From positions 1,612,001-1,676,000 of the forward strand of contig OY986948.1 of NCBI GenBank assembly GCA_963920595.1: a DNA stretch of 64,000 bases, in the 5' to 3' direction. Source of the stretch: Eimeria praecox (Eukaryota). Below, one piece after another: positions 20,229-34,198 of the stretch. Made by a program: the position numbers and the translations under genes. Every line of letters begins with the position of its first letter. The first letter of the stretch is position 1. The notes under the pieces were generated by a model. That model was not told where the DNA came from. It was given only the letters and a program-made list of their open reading frames with translations, and ran no database searches.

Positions 20229-20731
20229 CAGCAGCAGCAGCATATGGTTTAACTGCAGAGCCAGCAGGACGTACGTCTCAACCTAAATCGTGTTTTATAG
20301 AAAAGCTTCTGATTCAAGCAAAGAGGAGGCAGTTGGAGCGAGAGATTATAGTGGAGAGACAGCAGCAGAAAGAGAGAGAGAGAGAAGAGATAAAACCGAA
20401 GGAGGCATTTATAACGAGTTCATATTTGAATAGATTGAATGAAAGAAATAAATTAATTAAAGAGTTAGAGGAGAAAGATAAGCAAGATGCACAACATACA
20501 GCAGACAAACATAAAAATCTCTCAAAATTCTACTCCTATCTTCTTGATTCAGGGGCTGCTACCAGAAGTGCTGCTGCTGCTCCTGCTGCTGCTGCTGCTG
20601 CTCCTGCTGCTGCTGCTCCTGCTCCTGCTGCTGCTGGTGGTGGTGGTGCTGCTGCTGCTGCTGCGGCGGCAGCAGCACAGATTAAAAACGCGCGTCCTGC
20701 AGCAAAGACTGAAGGCGTAGCAGCATCAAAA

Positions 20732-20772
<41 letters not shown>

Positions 20773-20840
20773 GCAGGAGACAGTAGCTGTAAAGGCGGAG
20801 TCAGCAACTCCCGCAGGCGCTACCTCCCCCAGCCCCAGCC

Positions 20841-20873
<33 letters not shown>

Positions 20874-20948
20874 CCCCCAGCAGCAGCACTCCCAGCAGCA
20901 GCAGCAGCAGCAGCACCCCCAGCAGCAGCAGCAGCAGCAGCAGCACCC

Positions 20949-20983
<35 letters not shown>

Positions 20984-21133
20984 GTGAGCCCAATAACGAA
21001 GGAGATGATCGTATCTCTGAATAAGACGAAAGAAACAAAAACCGTGAATGTGCCTGCAAAGCTATCTCCTTCAGATCTAGCAAATGCGAGAGCTAGATTT
21101 ATTAAAAGAAGAAAAGTTAAAACAGAGGAATAG
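19691..21133 (+). CDS. NSRP1: NSRP1/CCDC55 (DUF2040)-like nuclear speckle splicing regulatory protein, 480 aa
   Basis: Family-like blocks: KDPNVLMYDEVY, FIEKLLIQAKRRQLEREIIVERQQQKERE, KEAFITSSY, LSKFYSYLL, and C-terminal ARARFIKRR. Confidence 0.78.
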
Positions 21134-21143
21134 CTGATGCTGC

Positions 21144-21195
<52 letters not shown>

Positions 21196-21562
21196 CATGA
21201 TGATGATGATGTTGCTGTAGCACGGCTGTTCTGTCTTTATTCAGTAGAAGAATACAGACAAAAGAGTTGCTGCTGCTGCTGCAGCAGCAGCAGCAGCAGC
21301 AGCAGCAGAACAGAGACTGCAGCGTAATTGCTGCAGCAGCAGCAGCAGAACAAAGGCACAGCCATAACAGCAACAGCAGCAGCAGGAGCAGCAGCAGCAG
21401 TACTAGCAGCAGCAGCAATAAAACAGCAGCAACAAATAAAATTTGAGGGGATATCTGTTGCTGTACATACACCTGAACGGGGGTCTCTCTTTTCTTGCTC
21501 TTTCAGCTTTAGGCTGTTTGAAGAATATAAATTATAATATAAATAATTTTTATATTTAATAT

Positions 21563-21624
<62 letters not shown>

Positions 21625-21825
21625 GGACTGGCGCAGCTATATAAGAAGAGGAGATAGCGTAAACCCTAAACCCTAAACCCTTAAGATGCGAGTCTTCTGT
21701 CGCTGAAGCTTGTACTAGGGTTTAGGGTTTATTCTAGGGTGTAGCTAGAGGGCTAGGGTTTAGGGTTTAGGTTTAAAGGGTTTCCTGTGTGCAGCAGCAG
21801 CAATAGCAGCAGCAGCAGCAGTACT

Positions 21826-21888
<63 letters not shown>

Positions 21889-21971
21889 TGTTTCTATAGA
21901 AAGGTAGTTGTTTAAAGTGCGAAGTAAACAAATAATACACTACCTGTACATACACTCCAAAGACAGCTGCA

Positions 21972-22200
21972 TATACACCTGAAAGAGAGCTGCCTATACA
22001 CCTGAAAGAGAGCTGCCTATACACCTGAAAGGGAGCTGCCTATACACCTGAAGAGAACTGCCTCTAAACACCTAAAAGCGAGCTGTATACTCGTCATAAA
22101 TAAAGGTGTGTGTACACTTAAAAGAAAGGTGGAAGGGAGTTGTATATTTATATATACTAGAGCTGCGTATACACCTGAATAAAGCTGCGTATACACCTGA
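21972..22200. repeat. 23-bp minisatellite TATACACCTGAAAGAGAGCTGCC (about 5 copies plus 2 distal partial copies)
   Basis: Units start at 21972, 21995, 22018 and 22041, with a degenerate unit at ~22063 and partials at ~22160-22200. Confidence 0.9.
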
Positions 22201-23185
22201 AGTAACGCGGGGTTGTTGGTGGCCTTAGATCTGTTTGTGGGGGCTGTCTGTATTCTCTTGTTTTTTTATATACTGTAGGGATATAAATAACATAAATAAT
22301 TATTAATATTATATTATTAATTTAAAATTAATATTTAATAACTCGTGTGTATGTACAGATGCTGTATGTATATAACCGCATCATAGTGTTGACAGCTCTG
22401 TATGTTTGCTGCCTTCGAGTCAAATCCTCCTCTCTTTCAACCCTAAAAAAAGAAAAAAAATATTAAAATTAATTATTTAATATATTTAAATTTATATTTT
22501 CGGTTTTAAATATTATTTTAATGAGTTTACACAACGAAAGAACAAGACCATAAAACCATACAGGCGCATCTGGTCTGACCGGCCGGCCGGGGGGGGAGGG
22601 GGGGGGGGGGGGGCTGAGGCGCAGCTTTGGGGGTATGGTAGGCTTGTTTCTTGTTTTTTTTTTGGTATTTTGTTTTTAAAATAATTAAAATATATAAAAA
22701 GCGAAAAAAAATAAAAAAAATTATAAATTAAACCGCAGAAATATGTGGAAGGTAGATTACTGTACCTGTTCTTGATATCAAGCGAGAAGCAGATTAGCTT
22801 TCATCTTGTGTGTATGTGTTTTTATTTGTTTTTTTTCAATTTTTTGTTTATTTTTTGGTTTTTTTAATTATATATTTAATTATTTAATTAATTAAATTAA
22901 AATTTGCGGTTTTGAACCGTAAAAAAACACAAAAAATAACAGATACACCCTGAGGACCAGTGGTCATATACACTGTAGCTTGCTACTGCTGCTGCTGCTG
23001 CTGCTGCAGCAGCAGCAGCAGCAGTATAAACACTCCATAAATATAAATATAATATTTTATATTATAATTAGAGATATATTCAAGTATATAAAGATATATA
23101 TATATATATATACAATTAAGTAGAACTCTATCTCTCTTCTTTTTTGCTTGGGTTTGTACGTTGGCTTCTACTATATCTAATTATA

Positions 23186-23277
<92 letters not shown>

Positions 23278-23432
23278 GAGATATAGTTTATCTTGTTGTT
23301 TATTGAGATTGAATAGATTGAGATTTAATAATATCTTTCTTTTATTTATTGTCTTTGTTTATTTGCTTCGTTTGGCTCTTGCTGCTGCTGCTGCTGCCGC
23401 CGCCGCCTTTGTTGCTGCTGCTGCTGCTGCTG

Positions 23433-23475
<43 letters not shown>

Positions 23476-23637
23476 AGTTGCTGCAGCTCATTGGGGTGTA
23501 TAGGGAGAGTAGATCTTTTGTATTTTGCGCTGTCTGTACACCTCTCGATCCGCTCTTCCTCTTTGTTTATATTCTTCTTCTCTTCTCTCTCTTCTTTCTC
23601 TCTGCCAACAAGCAGAGATTCCATACAATAAACAGCT

Positions 23638-23668
<31 letters not shown>

Positions 23669-23706
23669 CAGCAGCAACCCCACAAGATTCAAAGATAGCT
23701 GCTGAT

Positions 23707-23901
23707 ATGTCTTCTTCAGCCCCTTCTTCAGCTGCATCCAACGCAGCAGCAGCAGCAGCAACAGCAGCAGCTGCAGCAGCAACAAAGGCAGCAAAGGCAG
23801 CAAATGCTGCTGATGCCGCTACATCGACAGAGACGGCGGCGCTTCTTGCTGCAGATAAAGCAGCAGCAGCAACAGCAGCAGCAACAAAGCAAACAACAGC
23901 A

Positions 23902-23934
<33 letters not shown>

Positions 23935-24049
23935 AAAGTAGAAGTAGTAAGGCTTCGAGGCCCCGAAGACAAGCAGCACTTACTCTCGTATATAACAGAA
24001 GAATATACACGAAGATTAGTATGTTTAAAGAAGAAATGGAAGAGTTTAG

Positions 24050-24080
<31 letters not shown>

Positions 24081-24130
24081 AGCAGCAGCAGGAAGAGAAG
24101 GAGGGGGAGGTGAGCGTATAAAAGAAGCAC

Positions 24131-24167
<37 letters not shown>

Positions 24168-24985
24168 CGAGAAGTATATACAAGAAGCTAGAGAACAGGA
24201 AACGCCTCTGCATACACCGCGATATCTGCTGCTGCTGCTCTGTCTTGCTGCTGTGCTGCTGCGCGGGTGTACGTACTGGGGTTGGAATGGTTTTCAAGAT
24301 ATATTATACAAGTGTGGGGCGTACGCATCAAACTGTTTAGATAATAATACGAATACAATAATAAGTTATATAAAGATAGGGGATATAGAATATATAGATT
24401 GCTCGAGTAGAAAGAACGCAATAAATAATTTATATACAACAGCATTTGCTTCAAATTTTATATTTTCTGCTGCTGGTGGTTTAGTATTAGATAGATTAGG
24501 TCCTCGGTATACATTATTACTAGCCATCATAATAGATATATTAGGCTGGTGTTTATTAATATTATCTTCTCTTTTATTTATATCTTACATTCCTGCATTT
24601 ATATTTATTGGCATGGCTGCAGATCCCGGCTTCTTCGCATTTTTGTGTTTATCAAATTTATTTCCAAAAAAAGAAAATACGATTATTGGGTTATTGGGTT
24701 CAACTAGGTCTCTATCCTTTGCTATTCCTGTTATATTATCATCTATCTATAAAATAAATATATTTAGAGAGAATGAGCTATGGAAGATATTAATGGTTTA
24801 TATTATTGTGGGGTTGTGCGGTGTATGTCTCCTTATCTGTCTCCTCTTCACCCCTAAATCTGCCTTCTTAAGTGTTAAAGATTTCAAAGACAGAGATAGA
24901 AAAAAACAAATTAAATATATTAGAGACACACTTCTTATTCAACTCCCTCCTCTCTTCTTTCAACCCTGGAACAAAGACAGCAGCA

Positions 24986-25022
<37 letters not shown>

Positions 25023-25105
25023 TTGTGGGGTCGTAGATCATGCTTACAAGTTGCTGTTAACAGAAGAAGAATATGAGGAAGTAGGAGCAGCACTGGATGC
25101 GGTAG

Positions 25106-25172
<67 letters not shown>

Positions 25173-25915
25173 AGAAGAAGTAGAATCGTTAAATGCACAA
25201 GATAAAACACTATCTACCTATTTATTTGATTCTCGCTTTTTATTATTATTACCAATATTTATAATCAATTTATTGCGTATAGAGTTTTATACGAAATCAA
25301 ATAAAGAACAATTACGAATAGATAATAAAGATTTATATATATTGTTTTCTATTCTAAATATACTTTCATTCATGCCAGGGCCTGTATTAGGGTATATATG
25401 TGATAAGGTAGGGGTGCTTAAGATAATAGGTTTTATTAATATATGCGGTATATGTATGTATATATTTGTATTACCTTTATATATATATATTAAATCTATA
25501 TCTATCTTCTTCTTCTGGTTATATGCTTCGTTTGTATTAAGTAGTATATATTGTTTTATACAGAATACATTCCCCTCTTCTTACTTTGGCTCTCTAGCAG
25601 GTATATGCTCCCTCATAGGCGGCTGTTTCGCTCTAGTTAGTATAGGTCTTTATAAGTTATCTTCCGATAGTTTTTTATATATATACCCTTATAACTTCTA
25701 TCCTGTAGATTGCTTTATGATTGTAGCGGGATTTATTCTGTTTATATTTATATTTTTATTATTCAAAATACAAAATAATAAAACTTTCAAATATAATAAA
25801 CACAAACATAAACAACAACTACAGCAGCAAATGCAGCAGCAGCAGCAGCAACACCCAAATCCACTTGATGATATTGAAGAAATAGAAGATGCTACAACAG
25901 CAAATCAAATCGCAG

Positions 25916-25953
<38 letters not shown>

Positions 25954-26070
25954 ACAGCAGCAGCAGCAGCAGCAGATACAGCAGCAGCAGATATACAAAC
26001 AACCCAAGAAACAGAAAGTCAAGAGATAGGAGGTTATATTGAAGTTATAGGCAAAGGCTCGTTAGTATAA
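23707..26070 (+). CDS. MFS transporter, apicomplexan amino-acid transporter (ApiAT/NPT1; SLC43-like) family, 787 aa, single exon
   Basis: About 12 hydrophobic segments in two bundles around a central hydrophilic loop. N-terminal GCTYWGWNGFQDILYKCGAY..C and DCSSRKNAINNLYT; MFS motif GLVLDRLGPR; second-half GPVLGYICDKVG and FPSSYFGSLAG. Confidence 0.82.
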
Positions 26071-26074
26071 GCAT

Positions 26075-26114
<40 letters not shown>

Positions 26115-26238
26115 TAGTAGTAAGAGCAGCAGCAGAAGCTGCAGCAGCAGCAGCAGCAACACAGCTACAGAGAGGAAGCAGCTGCTGCTGATGATGATGA
26201 AACAGCAGCGTCAGCAGCAAAATCAGCAGCAGCAACAA

Positions 26239-26269
<31 letters not shown>

Positions 26270-26277
26270 GGAAGCAG

Positions 26278-26311
<34 letters not shown>

Positions 26312-26423
26312 GGAAGCAGCAGCAGCAGCAACAGCAACAACAGCAGCAGCAACAGCAGCAGCAGCAGCATATGTCGCAGCGCTAGAGAAAAGTAAGCAGC
26401 AGCAGCAACAGCAGCAGCAGCAA

Positions 26424-26472
<49 letters not shown>

Positions 26473-26486
26473 AGCAGCAGCAGCAA

Positions 26487-26518
<32 letters not shown>

Positions 26519-26762
26519 GCAGCGAAATACTTGCGCTGTATGCAGACAATAATACAGACATTGTACTTGTATATATATTTATATTTGTATTTATATATAA
26601 ATATTTGTATTTATATTTATATATAAATATTTATGTTTATCTCTCTCTTTATATTTATATTTATATATTTGTATTTATGTAGTTGTATTTATGTAGAAGT
26701 ATTTATAGATTTGTATTTATATATATTGTATATATATATCTATTTGTATTTGTCTGTCTGTC

Positions 26763-26807
<45 letters not shown>

Positions 26808-26874
26808 TTGTATTAGATTTGTCTCTCTTTGTATATATATATATATATATATTTGTATTAGATTTGTCTCTCTT

Positions 26875-26910
<36 letters not shown>

Positions 26911-26993
26911 TTTGTCTGTCTTTGTCTTTGTTAATCTGTTAACATGTTAAAGGTAGATTGATGTGTATAGATTCTTAGTATGCATGCAACTTG

Positions 26994-27106
<113 letters not shown>

Positions 27107-27242
27107 ATATACATATATATATATATATATACAAGTATTTATATTTACATATTATATATACTATTATATAAGAGCTCACAGCAACCCCGCGGGGTGTACG
27201 TACATCCACCTCAGCCCACCTCCACCTGCTGCTGCTGCTGCT

Positions 27243-27287
<45 letters not shown>

Positions 27288-27389
27288 ACAGCAGCAGCAC
27301 ATCAATCCTTCTTCATTGTTTATTAGTACAAACAGAAGAATTAATAGAAGCAACCATCAGCCCTGCAGCATACAAGTACTGCATGCAGC

Positions 27390-27772
27390 AGGGGCCCCTA
27401 GAGGGGGGCCCCTAGAGGGGGGCCCCTAGAGGGGGGCCCCTAGAGGGGGGCCCCCAGAGGGGGGGCCCCCAGAGGGGGGGCCCCAGGGGGGAGGGGGCCC
27501 CCAGGGAGGAGGGGGCCCCCCAACCTTGGGGCCCCCTATCCCTCCCTTTTCCCCCATGGGGGCCCCCAGAGGGTACGGAGCTCCCACGTTTAATGGGGGG
27601 CCCCCAGAGAGAAGGGGGCCCCCAAGGGTGGAGGGGGGCCCCCTCAACTGTGTGGGGCGGGGGGGCCCTCAAGGGTGGGGGGGGCCCCCTCAAGTGTGGG
27701 GGGGCCCCCTCAAGTGTAGGGGGGGCCCCCTCAAGTGTAGGGGGGGCCCCCTCAAGTGTGGGGGGGGGCCCC
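27390..27772. repeat. GC-rich GGGGGCCCC palindromic minisatellite
   Basis: Tandem AGGGGGGCCCCTAG-type units followed by GGGGGGCCCCCTCAAGTGT units. Confidence 0.9.
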
Positions 27773-28154
27773 AGGAGGTAGTAGGATGCGCGTATGTGTT
27801 TGAGGTGTATGCTGAGGTGCTTGATGCTTGACAGAAGCAGCAGAGAGAGCAGCAGCAGCAGCAGCAGCTGCTGCTGCTGCTGCAGCAGCAGCAGCAGCAG
27901 CGGTGCATGCAGCAACGGCAAAGGCCCCACAGGGAAGGGCTACCCTACCTGTGCTCACCTTCTAGGGTTTAGGGTTTAGGGTTTAGGGTTTTGGCTTTAC
28001 TGTATCACACGAGGGGCCTCTGGGGTTTGTCAAACTATAAGAAGAAACAGTTAAATATATTATAGTTTATATTATAATATAAAATATAATATAATATAAA
28101 TTATAATATAAATTATAATATAAATTATAAATAATTAATACTAGATAATCAAAC

Positions 28155-28214
<60 letters not shown>

Positions 28215-28366
28215 CAGAGACAGAGAGATATTACTAATATATATATATATTATATATTATATATATACATAATACAATAATTACTAACGATATTTATATT
28301 GTAGTAATAGTAATAATTAATAAAGAGAAACAGCAAATCGTCCTCAGAGCAAAACAAGAATATAAA

Positions 28367-28690
28367 AACCCTAAACCCTAAACCCTAAACCCTAAACCCT
28401 AAACCCTAAACCCTAGAAAGAAATAAAATGGAGACAGAAAAGAATGAGGGAAGATAAAACAAACAGAAGAAGTAAACAACAAATAAATAAATAAACAAAC
28501 AAGATATATTAGTAAATATATAAATAAATAAACAACACCCTAAACCCTAAACCCTAAACCCTAGTCCCCAAACCCTAAACCCTAAACCCTAGACAAGACA
28601 GATTTTTCTTAGTAAGCAGCAGCAATCTAAGGCGGCGATTACAAACCCTAAACCCTAAACCCTAAACCCTAAACCCTAAACCCTACCAAA
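28367..28690. repeat. Interstitial telomere-like (AAACCCT)n arrays
   Basis: Three blocks of AAACCCT repeats. Confidence 0.9.
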
Positions 28691-28851
28691 TAACTAATAA
28701 ATAAAACAAATAAAACAAGAATAAATATAAATAAATATAAATATATTAATATGTAGACGATAAGAATTAAAAGAAGACAAGCCCCAAAAAGGGCGCCTTC
28801 GGGCTGCATGCGAAAAACTACGTCTACCTAAACATGCATGCAGCCCCAAAA

Positions 28852-28889
<38 letters not shown>

Positions 28890-29245
28890 TGCAGCTGCTG
28901 CTGCTGCTGTTGCTGCAGCTGCTGCAGCTGCTGCTGTTGGTGCAACTGCTGCAGCTGCTGTTGTTGCTGCAGCTGCTGCAGCTGCTGCTGTTGCTGCAGC
29001 TGCTGCTGCTGCTGTTGCTGCAGCTGCTGCTGCTGCAGCAGCAGCACTATATTTGCTGCTGTCAGCAGATAGAAAGTCAGTGAAAGGAGAGATAAACATC
29101 CTGATACTCTTCATATAAATAATTAATTAAATAAATAAATTAATAAGTAAATTAAACAAATAAATTAAATAATTTACATAATTTATTATTATTTACAACT
29201 AATAATAATATTACTACATACTATTATTAGTAGTATACACAGCGA

Positions 29246-29326
<81 letters not shown>

Positions 29327-29556
29327 GTATACACCTGATAGCTGTCTGTACAGCTGAAGCTCTCGGAGTTGTGAATACGCATCAAACAATATTTATCTTT
29401 CTATTTTATTTATTTATTTGTTTATTTATATATTTTATTTATTTATTTCTCTTGCTATCAGTTAGTCTTTCTCTTGTTTCGATGTATTTATCTATCAACA
29501 TATTAACATATATATCTATTTATATATCTATATATCTATATGCATATCTATCTATT

Positions 29557-29629
<73 letters not shown>

Positions 29630-29807
29630 GCGTATATAGCTATAGACAAATCTATTATCAATATCTATTTCTATACAGCAATAAATATATAAATATTTAA
29701 AAATATAAATATAAATATATATTTATTTATTTATTTATTTATTTATTTATGTTCTTCTTTCTTTGCTGCTTCTCTCATTTCCTTTTTTCTTTGTCTTTCT
29801 TCTGCCG

Positions 29808-29870
<63 letters not shown>

Positions 29871-29886
29871 ATATATATATATATCT

Positions 29887-29921
<35 letters not shown>

Positions 29922-30076
29922 TTAATTTATTTATTTATTTATGTTCTCTCTTTTCTTTTTCTTTCTTTGCTGCTTCTCTCATTTCTTTCTTTCTCTGTCT
30001 TTCTTCTGCCGCTTATATATATATATATATATGTATTAATTAATTAATTAATTAATTAATTAATTAATTAATTAAT

Positions 30077-30569
30077 TTATTGATGTTCTCTCTTTTCTTT
30101 TTCTTTCTTTGCTGCTTCTCTCATTTCTTTCTTTCTCTGTCTTTCTTCTGCCGCTTTCTTTCTCGCTTCACTTTCTCTCATTTTATTTTTAATTGCTTCT
30201 TCTTCCTTCTCCTTGGATACAGTATAACTCTCTAATAACCCCACAGTTAGATTAAATACAGGAATAGTATTAGGCTCTCTACGAAAGGTCCTAGCATCCT
30301 TGCATGCACATCCAGCCCCAAAAATATTTTTATCTTCTAAAGATAACACATATTCACACCCTGCATCCGCCGTAAAATATCCTAATCGTTCAAACTGTAA
30401 AACAAACTGAGGAGGAAATAAATCCACACGAACTACGTCCGCTTCAACAAACCCTCGATATACCTACACACAAACCCCAAACCCTAAACCCTAAACCCTA
30501 AACCCTAAACCCTAAACCCGAGAGATAGATAGATCGTTATTATTAACAAGAAAGAGAAACACTAAATAT

Positions 30570-30630
<61 letters not shown>

Positions 30631-32062
30631 TACTCTAAGAAACAAATCTAAAACCCTAAACCCTAAACCCTAAACCCTAAACCCTAAACCCTAAACCCTA
30701 AACCATCAGATATGTTTACTTTAAGAGAGTTAGGGTTTATGCTGTCTCTCCAGCTAGCGTCAGGCTTTTCAGGATCATCTTCTTCAGGGAAGGGTTTAGT
30801 GAAGAGGCGATCGTAGAACCTCAACTCCGCCCTGCATCTCACAAACCCTAATCTAGGGTTTAGGGTTTAGGGTTTAGGGTTTAGGGTTTAGGGGTAAACC
30901 TTCTTTAAAAACTTACGGACATATCAAGTCTATGCTCCTCCTAAACCCTAAACCCTAAACCCTAAACCCCAAAATCCTAAACCCTAAACCCTAATAAATT
31001 TTTCACGACATATGAACCTGATACAAACAAGTTGCTACCCAAACCCTAAACCCTAAACCCTAAACCCTAAACCCTAAACCCTAAACCCTAAACCCTGAAG
31101 ATGAGGAGGTGATATATATATATATATATCAACAGTCAAAACTTTGAATAGAGAAGCTCTCTAAACCCTAAACCCTAAACCCTAAACCCTAAACCCCCTC
31201 CCTATCTTATTACCCTAAACCCTAAACCCTAAACCCTAAACCCTAAACCCTCACGGCTCAGCGTATTTTGCAGGCAGCCAGTGGATAGTCCCCTTAACCT
31301 TCCTTCCATCGGGAGCTGTCGAACAGTTTAGGGTTTGAGGATCGTAGGTACATAATAGAGCTGTTATCTTCCCGTCTTTATCTTTCTCAACCTACATAAA
31401 CCCTAAACCCTAAACCCTAAACCCTAAACCCTAAACCCTAAACCCTAAACCCTAGTAGATCTACGATTTCTTTTCATTGTAAGAAAAATCTCTCAAACTT
31501 TTCTATGTTTGGGTTTATAACAAAGCCCTTTATACCCCGCATCTAGGGTTTAAACCCCCTACCTAGGGTTTAGGGTTTAGGGTTTAGGGTTTAGGGTTTA
31601 GGGTTTACCTCGTTACACTTTATCCAATACGCTGATCGTAGCCTAACTTCCTTCCCTAAAGAAAGCCGATGAAAATCTTTCGGGGGATTTTCACGAAAAT
31701 CGTCGGAGTCAATATATAATGTATCCGTAAACGCTAGCTATAAACAAATTAAATATAAATATAAATATAAATATAAATATATATTAATTAAATTAAATTA
31801 ATTAAATTAATTAAAGAAATAGAATTGGGAAACACAAATTTATATACGTACATACATATAATATATATAGTATTGTATATAATGTATCCGTAAACGCTAG
31901 CTATAAACAAATTAAATATAAATAATTACAAATATAAATAAATTAAATTAAATTAAATTAATTAAATTAATTTAATAAGTAGAACAGATAAAGACAAATA
32001 TACATATATACATAGATATAGTAGTATTATATAGAACGTATCCGTGAAAGCTAGCTATACAC

Positions 32063-32116
<54 letters not shown>

Positions 32117-32173
32117 TACAACATAAATATAAATATGCAGATATAGATAAAATATAAATATACATATCTATAC

Positions 32174-32255
<82 letters not shown>

Positions 32256-32678
32256 CGTACCTCTCTAAATCCCTTATCCTCATTCTTTGGATCTTGTGCT
32301 ATTTTCAATATTTCTTCATTTTTAAAATTTGTAATTTTAACTAAGAGAGGATCCTTCACAGCAAAACGCCGGGGGGCCCGCCCGTCTAGATATTCTCTTA
32401 AAACATAGACAAAACCCTAAACCCTAAACCCTAAACCCTAAACCCTAAACCCTAAACCCTAAACCCTAAGCCTTCTTAGCCCTATCATACCCTAAACCCC
32501 CCTCTTATACCCTAAACCTTCACAGCAAAACGCCGGGGGGCCCGCCCGTCTAGATATTCTCTTAAAACATAGACAAAACCCTAAACCCTAACCCCTAAAC
32601 CCTAACCCCTCCTAAACCCTAACCCCTCGTAAACCCTAACCCCTCCTAACCTAAACCCTAACACTCCCCTCCTCCTTT

Positions 32679-32710
<32 letters not shown>

Positions 32711-34085
32711 TATATATCTATCTCACCTAATACATCTTTCAAATAGATCTATTTGAATAACAGAAGGCCTTCGAGCAACACCAACCCTCTCACAAAAATT
32801 TTTAATTGCGGGAGCGGGAACGCCTCGTCTCCTCAAAGCAGAAAGTGTGGGGAGCCTGGGATCGTCCCACCCTTCAACTATTTTCTCTTCTACTAATGAT
32901 AATAACTTCCTACACATATATATAAATAATAATATTTTAATAATATAGTAAACAATAAACTATAAACCCTAAACCCTAAACCCTAAACCCATACACCCTA
33001 AACCCTAAACCCTAACAAATAGAAGAAACCCTAAAACATATAAAAACCCTAAACCCATACACCTAATAAAACCCATAGAATTAACCCTAAACCCTAAACC
33101 CTAAACCCTAAACCCTAAATCATATTAAAACCCTAAATTATATTTTACAATCTTACAAAACCCTAAACCCTACACCCTATAAATATTCCCAATAAATATA
33201 CAATATTCAAAAAAAAATCTTAAACCCTAAACCCTAAACCCTAAACCCTAAACCCTAGATTCGCGAATCCCTAACCCCCCTCTAAGCCACCTACATCACC
33301 AAAATCGTAAACTTGTAAACCCTAACCCCTAAACCCTAAACCCTAGACCCTAACCCCTAACCCCTACCTTTTACTCATAACAGTATAAGTAACATTAAGT
33401 CTAGCGAATTCAATCTGTCTCGTTCTCGGTATATCTAAAGCCTCCTGAAACCAAACGTATAATTGATTATTTAAAACAAACTCCAATGTACAGATAGAAT
33501 GTGTTATACCCTCAATTGAATCACTCTGTCCATGAGCGAAATCATACATGGGATATATCTGCCATTTATTCCCTATATACACAGTACACACACCCCAAAC
33601 CCTAAACCCTAAACCCTAAACCCTAAACCCTAAACCCTAAACCCTAGATTCGAAGATATTAAACCGAAGAGATAAACAAGAAAATATATACAGGAAAATA
33701 TAAACAGGAATATATTAACCCTAAACCCTAAAATATAAACCCTAAACCCTATAATATGAAACCCTAAAATATAAAATATAAACCCTAAACCCTAAACCCT
33801 AAACCCTAAACCCTAAAGATTATGGCTGTAATTTAAATATGTTCTTGTTTGTTTCGGTATGAATAGAAACACAAATAAACAAGAAACACACAACAAACCC
33901 TAAACCCTAAACCCTAAACCCTAAACCCTAAACCCTAAACCCTAAACCCTAGCCAACCTGTTCTAGGGTGTTCTTTCTTAAGGATACGATACATGATAGG
34001 ATCCCTCATAATAACATTCTTATGCTTCATATCAATCTTAGCCCGAAGCACACATTCCCCTTCTTCGTATTCCCCGTCCCGCATC
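30077..34085 (-). CDS. glnS: Glutaminyl-tRNA synthetase, 3' part (8 exons, ~471 aa; 5' end lost in the gap)
   Basis: Exons 34085-33958, 33572-33368, 32909-32727, 32396-32261, 31737-31609, 31391-31255, 30831-30720, 30463-30077. Motifs: [81 protein letters not shown]. Confidence 0.95.
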
Positions 34086-34198
34086 CTGAAAAAACCCTAA
34101 ACCCTAAACCCTAAACCCTAAACCCTAAACCCTAAACCCTAAACCCTAAACCTTAAATCTTAAACCTTAAACCCTAAATCATGATAGAGATAGAGATA

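Noticed and set aside
21972..22200. Direct repeats superficially resembling a CRISPR array
   Set aside because: Head-to-tail minisatellite with no unique spacers, in a eukaryotic genome without cas genes.
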